The notes beneath the pieces were generated by a model that saw only the letters and a list, made by a program, of their open reading frames with translations, was not told where the DNA came from and ran no database searches. This document shows, piece by piece, positions 47,475 to 57,038 of a stretch of 64,000 nucleotides of DNA. The position numbers and the translations under genes are program-made. How positions within the stretch are numbered: the stretch's first letter is position 1; every line of letters starts with the position of its first letter. This DNA is from a virus, in IMG/VR virus record IMGVR_UViG_3300009081_000012, positions 1 through 64,000 of that record; one strand, given 5' to 3'.

Positions 47475-48737
47475 ATGGCAGATATTTCAAAAATCATGTC
47501 TCTGCTTATAGACAACGTAAATAAAGTATTGGCTATTAACATAGACTTTATAGATACTATGGTACGTATAAAACGTTATGTACATAGTTTCATGTATTAT
47601 TCTCCGCCTGCTGGAAATGCTGTAAGTTTTGCTTTTGCCGGTGGTTATTCACCACCATCTGGTGATGCTATTGATTACCCTTTTATATATGATTTACCAC
47701 CAGAAGAACAGGCGTCTTTACATACTGCTCGTTTCTTTAGCAATCCTAGTAATGATAGCCAAATTTGGAACAATGCTGCAACTTTTTCAGCTGCGCGTGA
47801 TGCCACCACAGGCACTGAGTTATTTAGTTCACAAGCCAATGGTATAGCACAGGCTTCATATACTGGATATGGTGGAGATAATGAATATGGTGTTGCTCGT
47901 ACTTTTTCTGAATTTGATTTATCATCTTTTACAACGGAAGGTAGAACTGTTCAATCGGTTACACTTGGTGTTGGAGGATATGGATATTCAGACACCTCTG
48001 TAGCTTTATTTACTGGTACCCAAAGCAGCCCACCCACCATGAGTGATTTTGATTCCTATGGATCTTCTTTATCAAATGATACTCTTGCCTGGGTACAGTT
48101 TGATGGTGATGGATCGGTACATATAAACACATTTACATTTAATAGTGGTGGTATTTCTTATCTAATTAGTAAAATGGGAGATGTGCCTAAAGTGTGCTTC
48201 AGAGAAGCAGCTTATGATGTAGCAAACGCAACACCAACAACAACTAGAAGAGACGGTATGTACTTTGGTAATGCCCAAATAATGTCTAACAATACAACCG
48301 GTGAATACTATAATGTAGGACCAATGTTGTTTGTAAATTATCTGAAAATACCAGTATGGACATCTGTGTTAAATGATACCAAATGGATGCCAGCAAATAG
48401 TAATCCAGCTAATGCTGTTTGGACTGGATCTGCTTGGACTGCTGGAACATCTGGGGATTTGTTCTTATCAGTAAAAACCGGCTCAACGTGGGCAAATGGA
48501 TATAGACCATCTAAAATGAGAATAACATTTACTGGTACTATTAATACTCTTTTTTGGTTATATCTCACCACACAAATAGGCAGTCATGCGTTTATTGGAG
48601 ATATATCTGGAATTACAATAACTTCTGGACAAGTAATAGATTTACCATGGTATTATCCAGAAAGTGTTACTTTTAAAGAAATGTTTTTTAATAATACTTC
48701 TATAGTTGTTACTAACATTGAGTTTTTAGAAAGATAG
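47475..48737 (+). CDS. S/T/G-rich putative virion/tail-associated protein
   Basis: beta-rich composition; YSPP.G.A duplicated motif. Confidence 0.45.
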   Translation: MADISKIMSLLIDNVNKVLAINIDFIDTMVRIKRYVHSFMYYSPPAGNAVSFAFAGGYSPPSGDAIDYPFIYDLPPEEQASLHTARFFSNPSNDSQIWNNAATFSAARDATTGTELFSSQANGIAQASYTGYGGDNEYGVARTFSEFDLSSFTTEGRTVQSVTLGVGGYGYSDTSVALFTGTQSSPPTMSDFDSYGSSLSNDTLAWVQFDGDGSVHINTFTFNSGGISYLISKMGDVPKVCFREAAYDVANATPTTTRRDGMYFGNAQIMSNNTTGEYYNVGPMLFVNYLKIPVWTSVLNDTKWMPANSNPANAVWTGSAWTAGTSGDLFLSVKTGSTWANGYRPSKMRITFTGTINTLFWLYLTTQIGSHAFIGDISGITITSGQVIDLPWYYPESVTFKEMFFNNTSIVVTNIEFLER

Positions 48738-48765
48738 TTCTAATTGTCATTGGAGGTAATAAATT

Positions 48766-49197
48766 ATGACGAATATAGTTTGGAACGATTCCTGGAATTC
48801 TAATTACGAACTTATAGATGAGCAACATCACAGATTAATAGATATAGTTAATAGTATAAATACAGATAGTAGTGTATTGACAATTTTGGAATCACTGATA
48901 GATTATTCAGCTACTCATTTTTCTGATGAAGAAGAGCTAATGATGTCCGTTGAATATCCGTTATCAAAATACACAGAACATAAAGAGGAACATAGTTTAC
49001 TTAAACACGCTTTACTTGATTTTAGTTTTCTGTTATCGTATTTTTCCGGAGATTCAAAAAAATTTAAGTTACAAGTAAACGTGTTTAAACAATTCATGAC
49101 ACTTTGGTTTTCAAATCATTTTTTATTGATTGACAAAGAATTTACAGACTGGTTAAACAATAAAAATAACAATGGGGGTGCTAATACAAGTTCTTAA
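48766..49197 (+). CDS. bacteriohemerythrin
   Basis: IDEQH, HFSDEE, HKEEH, WFSNHFLLID. Confidence 0.88.
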   Translation: MTNIVWNDSWNSNYELIDEQHHRLIDIVNSINTDSSVLTILESLIDYSATHFSDEEELMMSVEYPLSKYTEHKEEHSLLKHALLDFSFLLSYFSGDSKKFKLQVNVFKQFMTLWFSNHFLLIDKEFTDWLNNKNNNGGANTSS

Positions 49198-49248
49198 AAA
49201 TAAAATATATACATTAAATCATTCTACATTCTATAAGGAGAGATAATT

Positions 49249-50559
49249 ATGGACAAAACAGTCCTTATTGATACAAATTTGTATTTGGATGATGCCGAAA
49301 TAATTTATAAGTTGTCTAGAAGTTATGATAAAATTTTAATACCAATAACCGTTTTAAAAGAACTTGATAAGCACAAATTTAATAGGGATTTAGCATATAG
49401 TGCCAGAAATGCAATACGCTCAATTCTTAAATTTTTAGAAGAACACCCTAAAAAGGTTTTATTTGATACTGACGAGAATAGGCTTAAGCCGAACGATGAA
49501 GCAATACTTGATATAGCAACCAAGCATAACGCAACAGTTATGACCAAAGACGTATCTATGTCTATTATCGGTCATTCAAGAGGCATAAACACCAAACTTC
49601 ACGACGTCGTTTTAAATAATCTGTTTAAACCTTATGTATACATTCACATGGATGATCTTCAAACCAAATCGTCTGATGATGTCTTCGCATACAATCAGAC
49701 ATATGATGAAGATGCATATGAAGATGTATTAACACTATTTTCAAAGTTTGCCGGTAGAGAACTACATGAAGATTCTTGGTTCTTTGTTATTATTGATATT
49801 AATAAAATCAAACCTGTGATTTATGCTAATAATCCTATGACACATGTATGTGAGAGAATAGACAATTGTAAGCAATATAGGGAAATTAATGTAGATAACA
49901 CTATAATAAAAGCACGTGATTGTTATCAAGTGTGTGCTCTATATTCACTATCAAACGCACCACACACATTGATTACAGGAAGGTGGGGATCAGGTAAAAC
50001 ATTGCTAGCAACTGCACACGCTCTGGCAAACAACAGAAAGAAAATTTTTATCACGCGCGCCCCAATAGGTATAAGTGATAAATATGATATAGGCCTGTTG
50101 CCTGGTGATACCAGAGAAAAAATGCTAAACTGGCTACAAGGTTTTATGAGTTCGTTGTATTACATTTATGCCAACACGAGGAATAGTGGTGAGAAAGACG
50201 GAAGTTCATACGATTTTGTTAAAGAAGAAGTATTTCCAACAAAATTTGAAACACTGGCTTTAAATTCAATACAAGGATTATCGTTATTAGATAACGATGT
50301 TATGATAATAGACGAAGTTCAGTTGATTAATGTTTCATATATGAGTATGTTGTTAAGTAGACCAAGCGAAAGCGGAAAACTAATATTGTTGGGCGATATT
50401 AAACAAACTTATGATGTAGTAAAACCATCAGAATCTGGTTTATTAAAACTATTAAGAGTGTTACCACATAAATATTTGGCGTATGTTGAATTACAAAATT
50501 CATATAGAAGTCCACTTCTGGAGGTGGCGGATAAGCTACAGGATTCTACCATTTTTTAA
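49249..50559 (+). CDS. phoH: PIN-PhoH family protein
   Basis: IDTN..ELD PIN; GRWGSGKT; LLPGD..EK; IDEVQ; LGDIKQ. Confidence 0.88.
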   Translation: MDKTVLIDTNLYLDDAEIIYKLSRSYDKILIPITVLKELDKHKFNRDLAYSARNAIRSILKFLEEHPKKVLFDTDENRLKPNDEAILDIATKHNATVMTKDVSMSIIGHSRGINTKLHDVVLNNLFKPYVYIHMDDLQTKSSDDVFAYNQTYDEDAYEDVLTLFSKFAGRELHEDSWFFVIIDINKIKPVIYANNPMTHVCERIDNCKQYREINVDNTIIKARDCYQVCALYSLSNAPHTLITGRWGSGKTLLATAHALANNRKKIFITRAPIGISDKYDIGLLPGDTREKMLNWLQGFMSSLYYIYANTRNSGEKDGSSYDFVKEEVFPTKFETLALNSIQGLSLLDNDVMIIDEVQLINVSYMSMLLSRPSESGKLILLGDIKQTYDVVKPSESGLLKLLRVLPHKYLAYVELQNSYRSPLLEVADKLQDSTIF

Positions 50560-50577
50560 TTTGCGGGGTAAAAAGTT

Positions 50578-50949
50578 ATGGACACATATGTTTCATCGGA
50601 AGATTTAAATTTTATATTAGAACATGCTGAATTAGAAAACGAAACATGCCATCTAAAACATAGTAAAGAAGATCCAGCAGAAAACCACGAAGCGGTTGAA
50701 TATTTATGTCAACATTTAGGAGATAAAAACACGGACGCAGTATACCAAGAAATAAGGGTTCCAGTGTGCCTAGAATGCGCTGAGGCGCTACTTAATCCAA
50801 AATGGATACTGATGTACTGTGTTTTTTGTTTTAGGTCTCAGTGGGTCTACAGACCGTTAGCTAAATATAATTATCCGCCAGGCAATTTGGTATACTGGCT
50901 AGACGTATGCCCGTTTTGTGCTGAAATTGTAAACGAAGCCAAGGAATAG
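50578..50949 (+). CDS. Cys-rich hypothetical protein
   Basis: CLEC, CVFC, CPFC. Confidence 0.55.
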   Translation: MDTYVSSEDLNFILEHAELENETCHLKHSKEDPAENHEAVEYLCQHLGDKNTDAVYQEIRVPVCLECAEALLNPKWILMYCVFCFRSQWVYRPLAKYNYPPGNLVYWLDVCPFCAEIVNEAKE

Positions 50950-51131
50950 GAGTGAAAGGAACCGTATGGACACTATTAGTATGTGGAATGAACTAAAGAA
51001 TGAAATTGAAACAAATTTGAAAAGTTTAATAGAAGACGAAAACAAAGGAAAAGAGTTAAAGGAAGTATTCACTTTGATGTTATCTATGTTGAATACAATT
51101 AAAATAAAACAACCGAATAATGAGGTGATTT

Positions 51132-51371
51132 ATGACAGGAAAACGAGTTTGGAAACACAGTGAAGAAAAAATATTAATAGATCAATATGATACTAAAACA
51201 ATAAAAGAACTAATGATTATACTTGGAAAGAGTCAAGAAAGTATTAATTGCAAAATAAAGAGACTTAAATCCGCCGGAAAAATAAAAGGCGGGAAAGAAG
51301 AAGATACAATAAAAAGAGCATATATACAAAGGGGTGATGGTGATAAGTTAAAGACAAATGTGGATGAATAG
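51132..51371 (+). CDS. Myb/HTH-like small DNA-binding protein
   Basis: WKHSEEKIL..TIKELMIILGKSQESINCKIKRL. Confidence 0.55.
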   Translation: MTGKRVWKHSEEKILIDQYDTKTIKELMIILGKSQESINCKIKRLKSAGKIKGGKEEDTIKRAYIQRGDGDKLKTNVDE

Positions 51372-51379
51372 GAGGTATT

Positions 51380-51670
51380 ATGGCACACGATGGAGACAGA
51401 ATAATACACGCAGACGAATTCCCTATAGAGGACACCTTATGTAAAGATTGTGAGCACAGAATGTCAAAACTTGTGGTACCCATAGATCTTGAAACTTTCG
51501 GCATTGAAGAAGACGAATATGATTTGGAAGAGGACGAAGAACTACAGGTTGAAATTCATACTTGTTTAGTACTTGGACAAGATATGGACTTTGTTGTAAG
51601 AGACTGTAGTCATTATAAATCTATAGAAGACGGTAATGTGTTTTTTATGAGCAATCCGTATCAAGTATAA
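51380..51670 (+). CDS. acidic Cys-containing hypothetical protein
   Basis: ORF with GGAGG SD. Confidence 0.55.
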   Translation: MAHDGDRIIHADEFPIEDTLCKDCEHRMSKLVVPIDLETFGIEEDEYDLEEDEELQVEIHTCLVLGQDMDFVVRDCSHYKSIEDGNVFFMSNPYQV

Positions 51671-51675
51671 CCTTT

Positions 51676-52422
51676 ATGATTATATTAAAAACATCTGATC
51701 AGATAAAGAGAATTGGAGATAGTTGTAAAATAGTTAGCAGTGTTTTATCACACTTATACAACATTTCAGAAATAGGCATCTCTACACACGAGTTAAACAA
51801 AGAAGCCGAAGAAATAGTTAAAAAACATAAAGCAACCCCTGTTTTTAACGGTTATAAGGGATTTCCATATTCTATTTGTGCATCAATCAATGATTATATT
51901 GTTCATGGTTTTCCTAATGATATTAAACTTAAAGATGGAGATGTGTTAAGTATTGATTTTGGCGTTTTATACAAAGGATGGTGTGGAGATTCTGCATTTA
52001 CAAAGATTATAGGAAATGCTTCTGAGGATATAAAAACACTGGTTAGAGTGACGGAGGAGTGTTTGTACGCTGGAATAAAGAAAGCCGTGGCTCGTAGCAG
52101 GGTTGGAGATATATCAAACACCATTCAAACACATGCTATGAAATATGGTTTTGGAGTAGTTGAGAAATTTGGTGGTCACGGTATAGGTAGGAATTTACAT
52201 GAAGATCCTTTTATCTCAAATGTCGGCGAAAAAAATAAAGGTTATTTGTTAAAACCAGGAGTGGTAATAGCTATAGAACCGATGTTAACAGCAGGAAAAG
52301 CAGATATAGAAAGAATGAGTAATGGATGGACTATAAAAACAAAAGATGGAAAAGTAGCGGCTCACTTTGAACATACAGTAGCCATAACAAACGAAGGACC
52401 AATAATTTTAACAGGAAGATAA
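51676..52422 (+). CDS. map: methionine aminopeptidase type I
   Basis: VHGFP, SIDFG, GDSA, GHGIG..HEDP, AIEPM, AHFEHT. Confidence 0.95.
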   Translation: MIILKTSDQIKRIGDSCKIVSSVLSHLYNISEIGISTHELNKEAEEIVKKHKATPVFNGYKGFPYSICASINDYIVHGFPNDIKLKDGDVLSIDFGVLYKGWCGDSAFTKIIGNASEDIKTLVRVTEECLYAGIKKAVARSRVGDISNTIQTHAMKYGFGVVEKFGGHGIGRNLHEDPFISNVGEKNKGYLLKPGVVIAIEPMLTAGKADIERMSNGWTIKTKDGKVAAHFEHTVAITNEGPIILTGR

Positions 52423-52446
52423 TAGGTAAAGGAGATTAAAAAATTT

Positions 52447-52974
52447 ATGCAAAAAGTTTATGATTTTGTTGAGGAACGTTCTGAAGAAGATAAGGAATAT
52501 GAAGAATTTATATTGAAAGCTGTACCAATAGAGTATCAAGCGCCATTTTGGAAAGTAACATATCCATTTTTAAGAAGTAATGTGTTTACACAATGGATAA
52601 CACAATCAAAAGCACAAAGTTGGATGAGGCTATTTAGTTGTACTATCAGAGCAGACATGAACAACAAAATAGCTTCATTTTTATATAAAAAATATTATTT
52701 AGGCAAACACAAAATAGTGGCGAGATTTACTCAAGACGGTTTAGCTCAGTCTCTTGGATATAAAGATAGAAGAGGCGTAAATAATCACATAGTTAAACTT
52801 GAAAAGGAAGGCGTAATAAAAGTCATACCAGAAAAATGGAATAATAGATATATAAGGGTGTATGATTTTGGAACCTGGTACGAAGTCGATAATACAAAAA
52901 TAGAACGCTTGTATTTTGACTCGGTAATGAGAAAAAATATAGGTGAATCTGTACTAAAAGAGTTAGAAGGATAG
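52447..52974 (+). CDS. winged-helix protein, possible replication initiator
   Basis: FTQDGLAQSLGYKDRRGVNNHIVKLEKEGVI; followed by tandem palindromic repeats. Confidence 0.55.
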   Translation: MQKVYDFVEERSEEDKEYEEFILKAVPIEYQAPFWKVTYPFLRSNVFTQWITQSKAQSWMRLFSCTIRADMNNKIASFLYKKYYLGKHKIVARFTQDGLAQSLGYKDRRGVNNHIVKLEKEGVIKVIPEKWNNRYIRVYDFGTWYEVDNTKIERLYFDSVMRKNIGESVLKELEG

Positions 52975-52990
52975 GTGTCAAAAATAAGCC

Positions 52991-53035
52991 ATGTCCACAA
53001 AATTTGGACATCGATGTCCACAAAATTTGGACATC
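52991..53035. repeat. tandem pair of palindromic ATGTCCA-CAAAATT-TGGACAT units
   Basis: two 23-bp-period copies seen directly. Confidence 0.85.
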
Positions 53036-53414
53036 CTATATAATAGAATAGATAACACTAGAGAATAGAAAACAGTATACTAAAGTATACAGAAATTTCT
53101 TTTTTAATAAAATAATAAAGAAAGCTTTAACAGAAAAATTTGGAGTGAGAAAAACGATGGTTAGTGATATTGACATTTATGTTGCCAAAAGAAAAATGAG
53201 ACTTAAAAATTCAAACTACTGTTTGAGCTTTATTTCAACCTTATGGAAAGGTGAGGTTGTTATGTGCTCTTTTGACAATTTACAGAACAAAATTAGTAGT
53301 TTATTTAGTATCCAAACATTTGATGAAGAAAGTTTTTTACAATTAGAAAATGTCATAAAAGAATTTATCGATGAATTGTCATATAACAATACACAAAAAA
53401 ATTAATAAAACTAC

Positions 53415-53442
53415 TTGACATAGAAAATAAAATGATTATATT
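53415..53442 (+). promoter_or_regulatory. sigma70-like promoter
   Basis: TTGACA-16-TATATT. Confidence 0.65.
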
Positions 53443-53498
53443 TGTATTTATGAACGAGTAGTGTAGTGTGATTCTATAATAACAACAGGATAAAATGA

Positions 53499-54689
53499 AT
53501 GAAAAAATTTTTTTTACAATTTTATAGAGATGAACCTTATTTATATAGCAATGATATGACTACAAATTTTCTTAATGGTTTGTCATTTGTATGGAATAAA
53601 ATAAAGAACGATGGTGAAATGGTTTGGAAGCATGTAGATGATGAAACACCGTTTACCACTGATGGTATCATATATGCGTCTGTGTGGTATACAAAGAGTT
53701 TAAAGCTTATGCATTCATGGGCAAAACAATTTCCAGAGTTAGAGATAAATGTTGGAGGTCCTGCTGTTTTGCATTATGATCCAACCATAGGTAAAGAGCT
53801 TCCAAATTTCCATTTTACACGCGAAAAGGCTGAAGATTTGTTTTGTGATGGAATAGTTTCAGATTGGAATATAGAGGTTCCAAGTACCACTAAACCGATA
53901 GGGTACAGTGTAGCCATAATAGATGGTTATGGTTGTTATTGGGGAAGATGTCGTTATTGTAAAAGAACAAACAATGTTAAATATAGAAATATAGACAAAG
54001 TTCCAGTAATAAATAATCCAAATATAAAATACATATGGATGCATGCTTACTCTATGTCTCCTAATTTAATAAAGAAACTATATCCAACATTCGAGAACAG
54101 AGATGATGTTAATTACGCCACATATATTAGGGGCGACAAAGAAGTGACTAAAGCCTTGGCAGACACTATACCTAAAATGTCATTGGATACAAAACATTTA
54201 GGTTTTGATGTTGGAATAGAATTTCCGTCTGATAAAATATTACAATATATGGACAAAGGAATAACTGTTAATGAATATTTGGATTTTATAAAACTAGCTT
54301 CCGAAAATAATATAAGACTCCATTTTAATTTTATAGTTGGTTGGAGACATACTGGTGCAGATGATGTAAGAAGTGTGGATTATTTTCTAAATAGCTTGTC
54401 AAAAATTTCTAAACCAAACACCATATCTGCAAATATATATCCATTGTCAATAGTTCAAGGTAGAAAAATAATGGAAGACTATACCACAGACGAATTAGAA
54501 GAGATACAAACCATTTTTAATACATTTGTAGGAATGCCAAAATTTAATAAAGAACAAATTGTTTTAGATCAAGAAATTATAAATTTATACAACTCTTTTC
54601 CATTTTTAAAAGTGTATGACTTTGCTACAACACGTGCCAAATGGCGTGAAAACAATAAGAATGAGCGTCTTTTTGTAGGAGCTATATAA
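53499..54689 (+). CDS. radical SAM protein (B12-binding/radical SAM-like architecture)
   Basis: GCYWGRCRYC (CxxxCxxC); VGGP; GIEFPSDKILQYMDKG. Confidence 0.75.
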   Translation: MKKFFLQFYRDEPYLYSNDMTTNFLNGLSFVWNKIKNDGEMVWKHVDDETPFTTDGIIYASVWYTKSLKLMHSWAKQFPELEINVGGPAVLHYDPTIGKELPNFHFTREKAEDLFCDGIVSDWNIEVPSTTKPIGYSVAIIDGYGCYWGRCRYCKRTNNVKYRNIDKVPVINNPNIKYIWMHAYSMSPNLIKKLYPTFENRDDVNYATYIRGDKEVTKALADTIPKMSLDTKHLGFDVGIEFPSDKILQYMDKGITVNEYLDFIKLASENNIRLHFNFIVGWRHTGADDVRSVDYFLNSLSKISKPNTISANIYPLSIVQGRKIMEDYTTDELEEIQTIFNTFVGMPKFNKEQIVLDQEIINLYNSFPFLKVYDFATTRAKWRENNKNERLFVGAI

Positions 54690-54752
54690 AGCTAACAATA
54701 TAAATAACAGTATTAACACTAATAACAATAAGAAAAGTAAAAGGAGAATTAA

Positions 54753-55337
54753 ATGAGCGTACCGTATGTTATAGAAAAGGGAAAGGATAATCAGGAACGT
54801 GTTTATGATCTTTATTCGAGAATGCTTAAAGATAGAATTATCTTTATTAGAGGTCATTTTGACGCTGATATGGCTGATGCTGTAGTTGCACAGCTTTTAT
54901 TTTTGGAATCCGTTGACAACTCTGCTGATATTTTCATGTATATAAATAGCCCTGGTGGCGAAGTAACTGCCATGTATGCCATCTACGATGTTATGACATA
55001 TATCAAACCTGATGTTGTTACGGTTGGTTTTGGTGTTTGTGCTTCGGCAGGTTCTTTTATTTTAGCTGCCGGCACCAAAGGTAAAAGACATGCATTACCA
55101 AACTGTGAGGTAATGTTGCATGAATTATCCGGAGGTTCTGGTGGTAAATTTAATGATATAAAAGTAGGTTATGAACACACAGTAAAGATTTATGAAAGAA
55201 TGATAAACGATTATTCTAAATTTACAGGACAAGAAGTTGAAAAAGTTAAAAAAGATTTAGAAAGAGATTTTTATATGTCTTCTGAAGAAGCTAAAGCATA
55301 CGGTTTGATTGATGCTGTGCATATAAATAGAGGTTAG
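54753..55337 (+). CDS. clpP: ATP-dependent Clp protease proteolytic subunit
   Basis: YDLYSRMLKDRII, YINSPGG, ASAGS, MLHE, ERDFYMS. Confidence 0.95.
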   Translation: MSVPYVIEKGKDNQERVYDLYSRMLKDRIIFIRGHFDADMADAVVAQLLFLESVDNSADIFMYINSPGGEVTAMYAIYDVMTYIKPDVVTVGFGVCASAGSFILAAGTKGKRHALPNCEVMLHELSGGSGGKFNDIKVGYEHTVKIYERMINDYSKFTGQEVEKVKKDLERDFYMSSEEAKAYGLIDAVHINRG

Positions 55338-55948
55338 TGGTGATATATAATAAAAATATTCCTAATAAAAAGAATAGATTACTAACACCAAACGGTCCTA
55401 GAGATATACAAAGAAGACAGATGCTTGATGCACAGTCTGATATTGTAGAAGGTCTTAAATCGCAAGTAGTTTTATTACAGGAACAAGTTAACAAAAGTTT
55501 ATCATCAGTCAATTCTGATGGACGTTATACTGCGGAACAGGTTAATGAGGCTGTTATTAATGCAGTTAAGTCAGAAGTAGATGCTTTAAAAGCTAAATAC
55601 GAATCAACAATAAGAGAATTAACAAATGAAAATAAAATATTAAAAGAAACAAATCTTAGGCTCACTAGTAATGTAGCTGGTAACAGCAACATAACAGACG
55701 AACAGCTACAAAAAATGTTATCTACGGCTGTAGCTCAGCTTACTGAAAATAAAAAAGCCGATGTTGTTGTTGAAAACAGCAGACCAAAAATAGAAACTGT
55801 TTTTATAGATCCTTCAGATCATAAATCTGCTAACGGAGTAGAAACACACATAATTGTTAAAGAGGATTCATCCGCTAAGGAAAACATGAACAATAAAATT
55901 AATAAACTAAAGGGTATTTTAGGGTCGTTACCCAAACAAAAAATATAA
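55337..55948 (+). CDS. coiled-coil protein preceding the actin-like ATPase
   Basis: heptad-rich ORF. Confidence 0.6.
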   Translation: MVIYNKNIPNKKNRLLTPNGPRDIQRRQMLDAQSDIVEGLKSQVVLLQEQVNKSLSSVNSDGRYTAEQVNEAVINAVKSEVDALKAKYESTIRELTNENKILKETNLRLTSNVAGNSNITDEQLQKMLSTAVAQLTENKKADVVVENSRPKIETVFIDPSDHKSANGVETHIIVKEDSSAKENMNNKINKLKGILGSLPKQKI

Positions 55949-55998
55949 GGCAATAGGAAGATACTATGGATGCTTTGTGGTTCAAAGGAGGAACACAA

Positions 55999-56997
55999 AT
56001 GGGAAAAAGAATAGGAATCGATATAGGTACAAATATGATTGTAGCTGCTTATGCTGATGAAAATGAAACACCAATATTTAAAATGCAAAGGGATGCTTTT
56101 TATAGAATTATCCCAAAGACTGAGGTTAATAGAAACAGTATAAGAATTTCATTGGATAAAAGAGGCGCCAGTTATATTGTAGACACCGATGGTTCGTTTA
56201 TAATTGTAGGCGAGGATGCGCTTGAGATAGCTATAGAAAGAAACGATAAGGCACAAAGACCTATGCAAAGAGGAGTGATTTCACCAAAGGAAAAAGCTTC
56301 TTTACCTATGTTAAAACTCATTATAGAGAATCTTATAGGACTTGGTTCTGAAGGTGATGTGTGTATATATTCAGTTCCAGGAAAACCGATAGATGCCTCA
56401 TTTGATATTTCATATCATACAGAAATGATGGGTTTATATCTTAAACAGATGGGCTATAATGCACAGCCCATAAACGAAGCTTTTGCAATAGCTTTATCAG
56501 AACTTTTAGATGATGGTTTAACAGGGGTGTGTATATCATACGGTGCTGGTATGACAAATGTGGTAGTAGTGCATGAAGGAGATCCGTTGGTTGAATTTAG
56601 TGTCACCAGAGCTGGTGATTTTATAGATTTTTCAGTAGGTAATGCTCTTGATGTATCTCCAAGTTTAGTACAGATGGAGAAAGAAGCCGGTACGGATTTG
56701 TTCAATCCTACTTCTAAAATAATGGAAGCGGTGTCAGTATATTACACGTCTGTGATTAATTACACATTACAGAATATAGCGTATGAACTAAAACAACGTG
56801 AGAAAACACTTCCTATATTTAGAAATCAAGTTCCTATAGTAGTATCGGGCGGATTAACGTTGGCAGAAGGTTTTGTAAAGAAAGTTGAAGAATCATTATT
56901 AAATGTTGAGCTGCCATTTAGGATTAGTAGTGTAAGACGTGCAGCAGAGCCTATGAAAGCTGTGGCTCATGGTTGTCTTCTTGCAGCAAGTATTTAA
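55999..56997 (+). CDS. actin-fold ATPase (MreB/ParM/FtsA superfamily)
   Basis: GIDIGT (phosphate 1), INEAFA, SYGAGMTN (phosphate 2), VSGG (adenosine), AVAHG. Confidence 0.82.
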   Translation: MGKRIGIDIGTNMIVAAYADENETPIFKMQRDAFYRIIPKTEVNRNSIRISLDKRGASYIVDTDGSFIIVGEDALEIAIERNDKAQRPMQRGVISPKEKASLPMLKLIIENLIGLGSEGDVCIYSVPGKPIDASFDISYHTEMMGLYLKQMGYNAQPINEAFAIALSELLDDGLTGVCISYGAGMTNVVVVHEGDPLVEFSVTRAGDFIDFSVGNALDVSPSLVQMEKEAGTDLFNPTSKIMEAVSVYYTSVINYTLQNIAYELKQREKTLPIFRNQVPIVVSGGLTLAEGFVKKVEESLLNVELPFRISSVRRAAEPMKAVAHGCLLAASI

Positions 56998-57038
56998 CTA
57001 ACCTATACAATTATAGAAGTGCTTTTTATGGAGGATTT

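Noticed and set aside
52972-53070. TAG stop-codon reassignment
   Set aside because: Conserved genes (clpP, dam, GT32) end at TAG at their expected lengths and the long genes are not fragmented.
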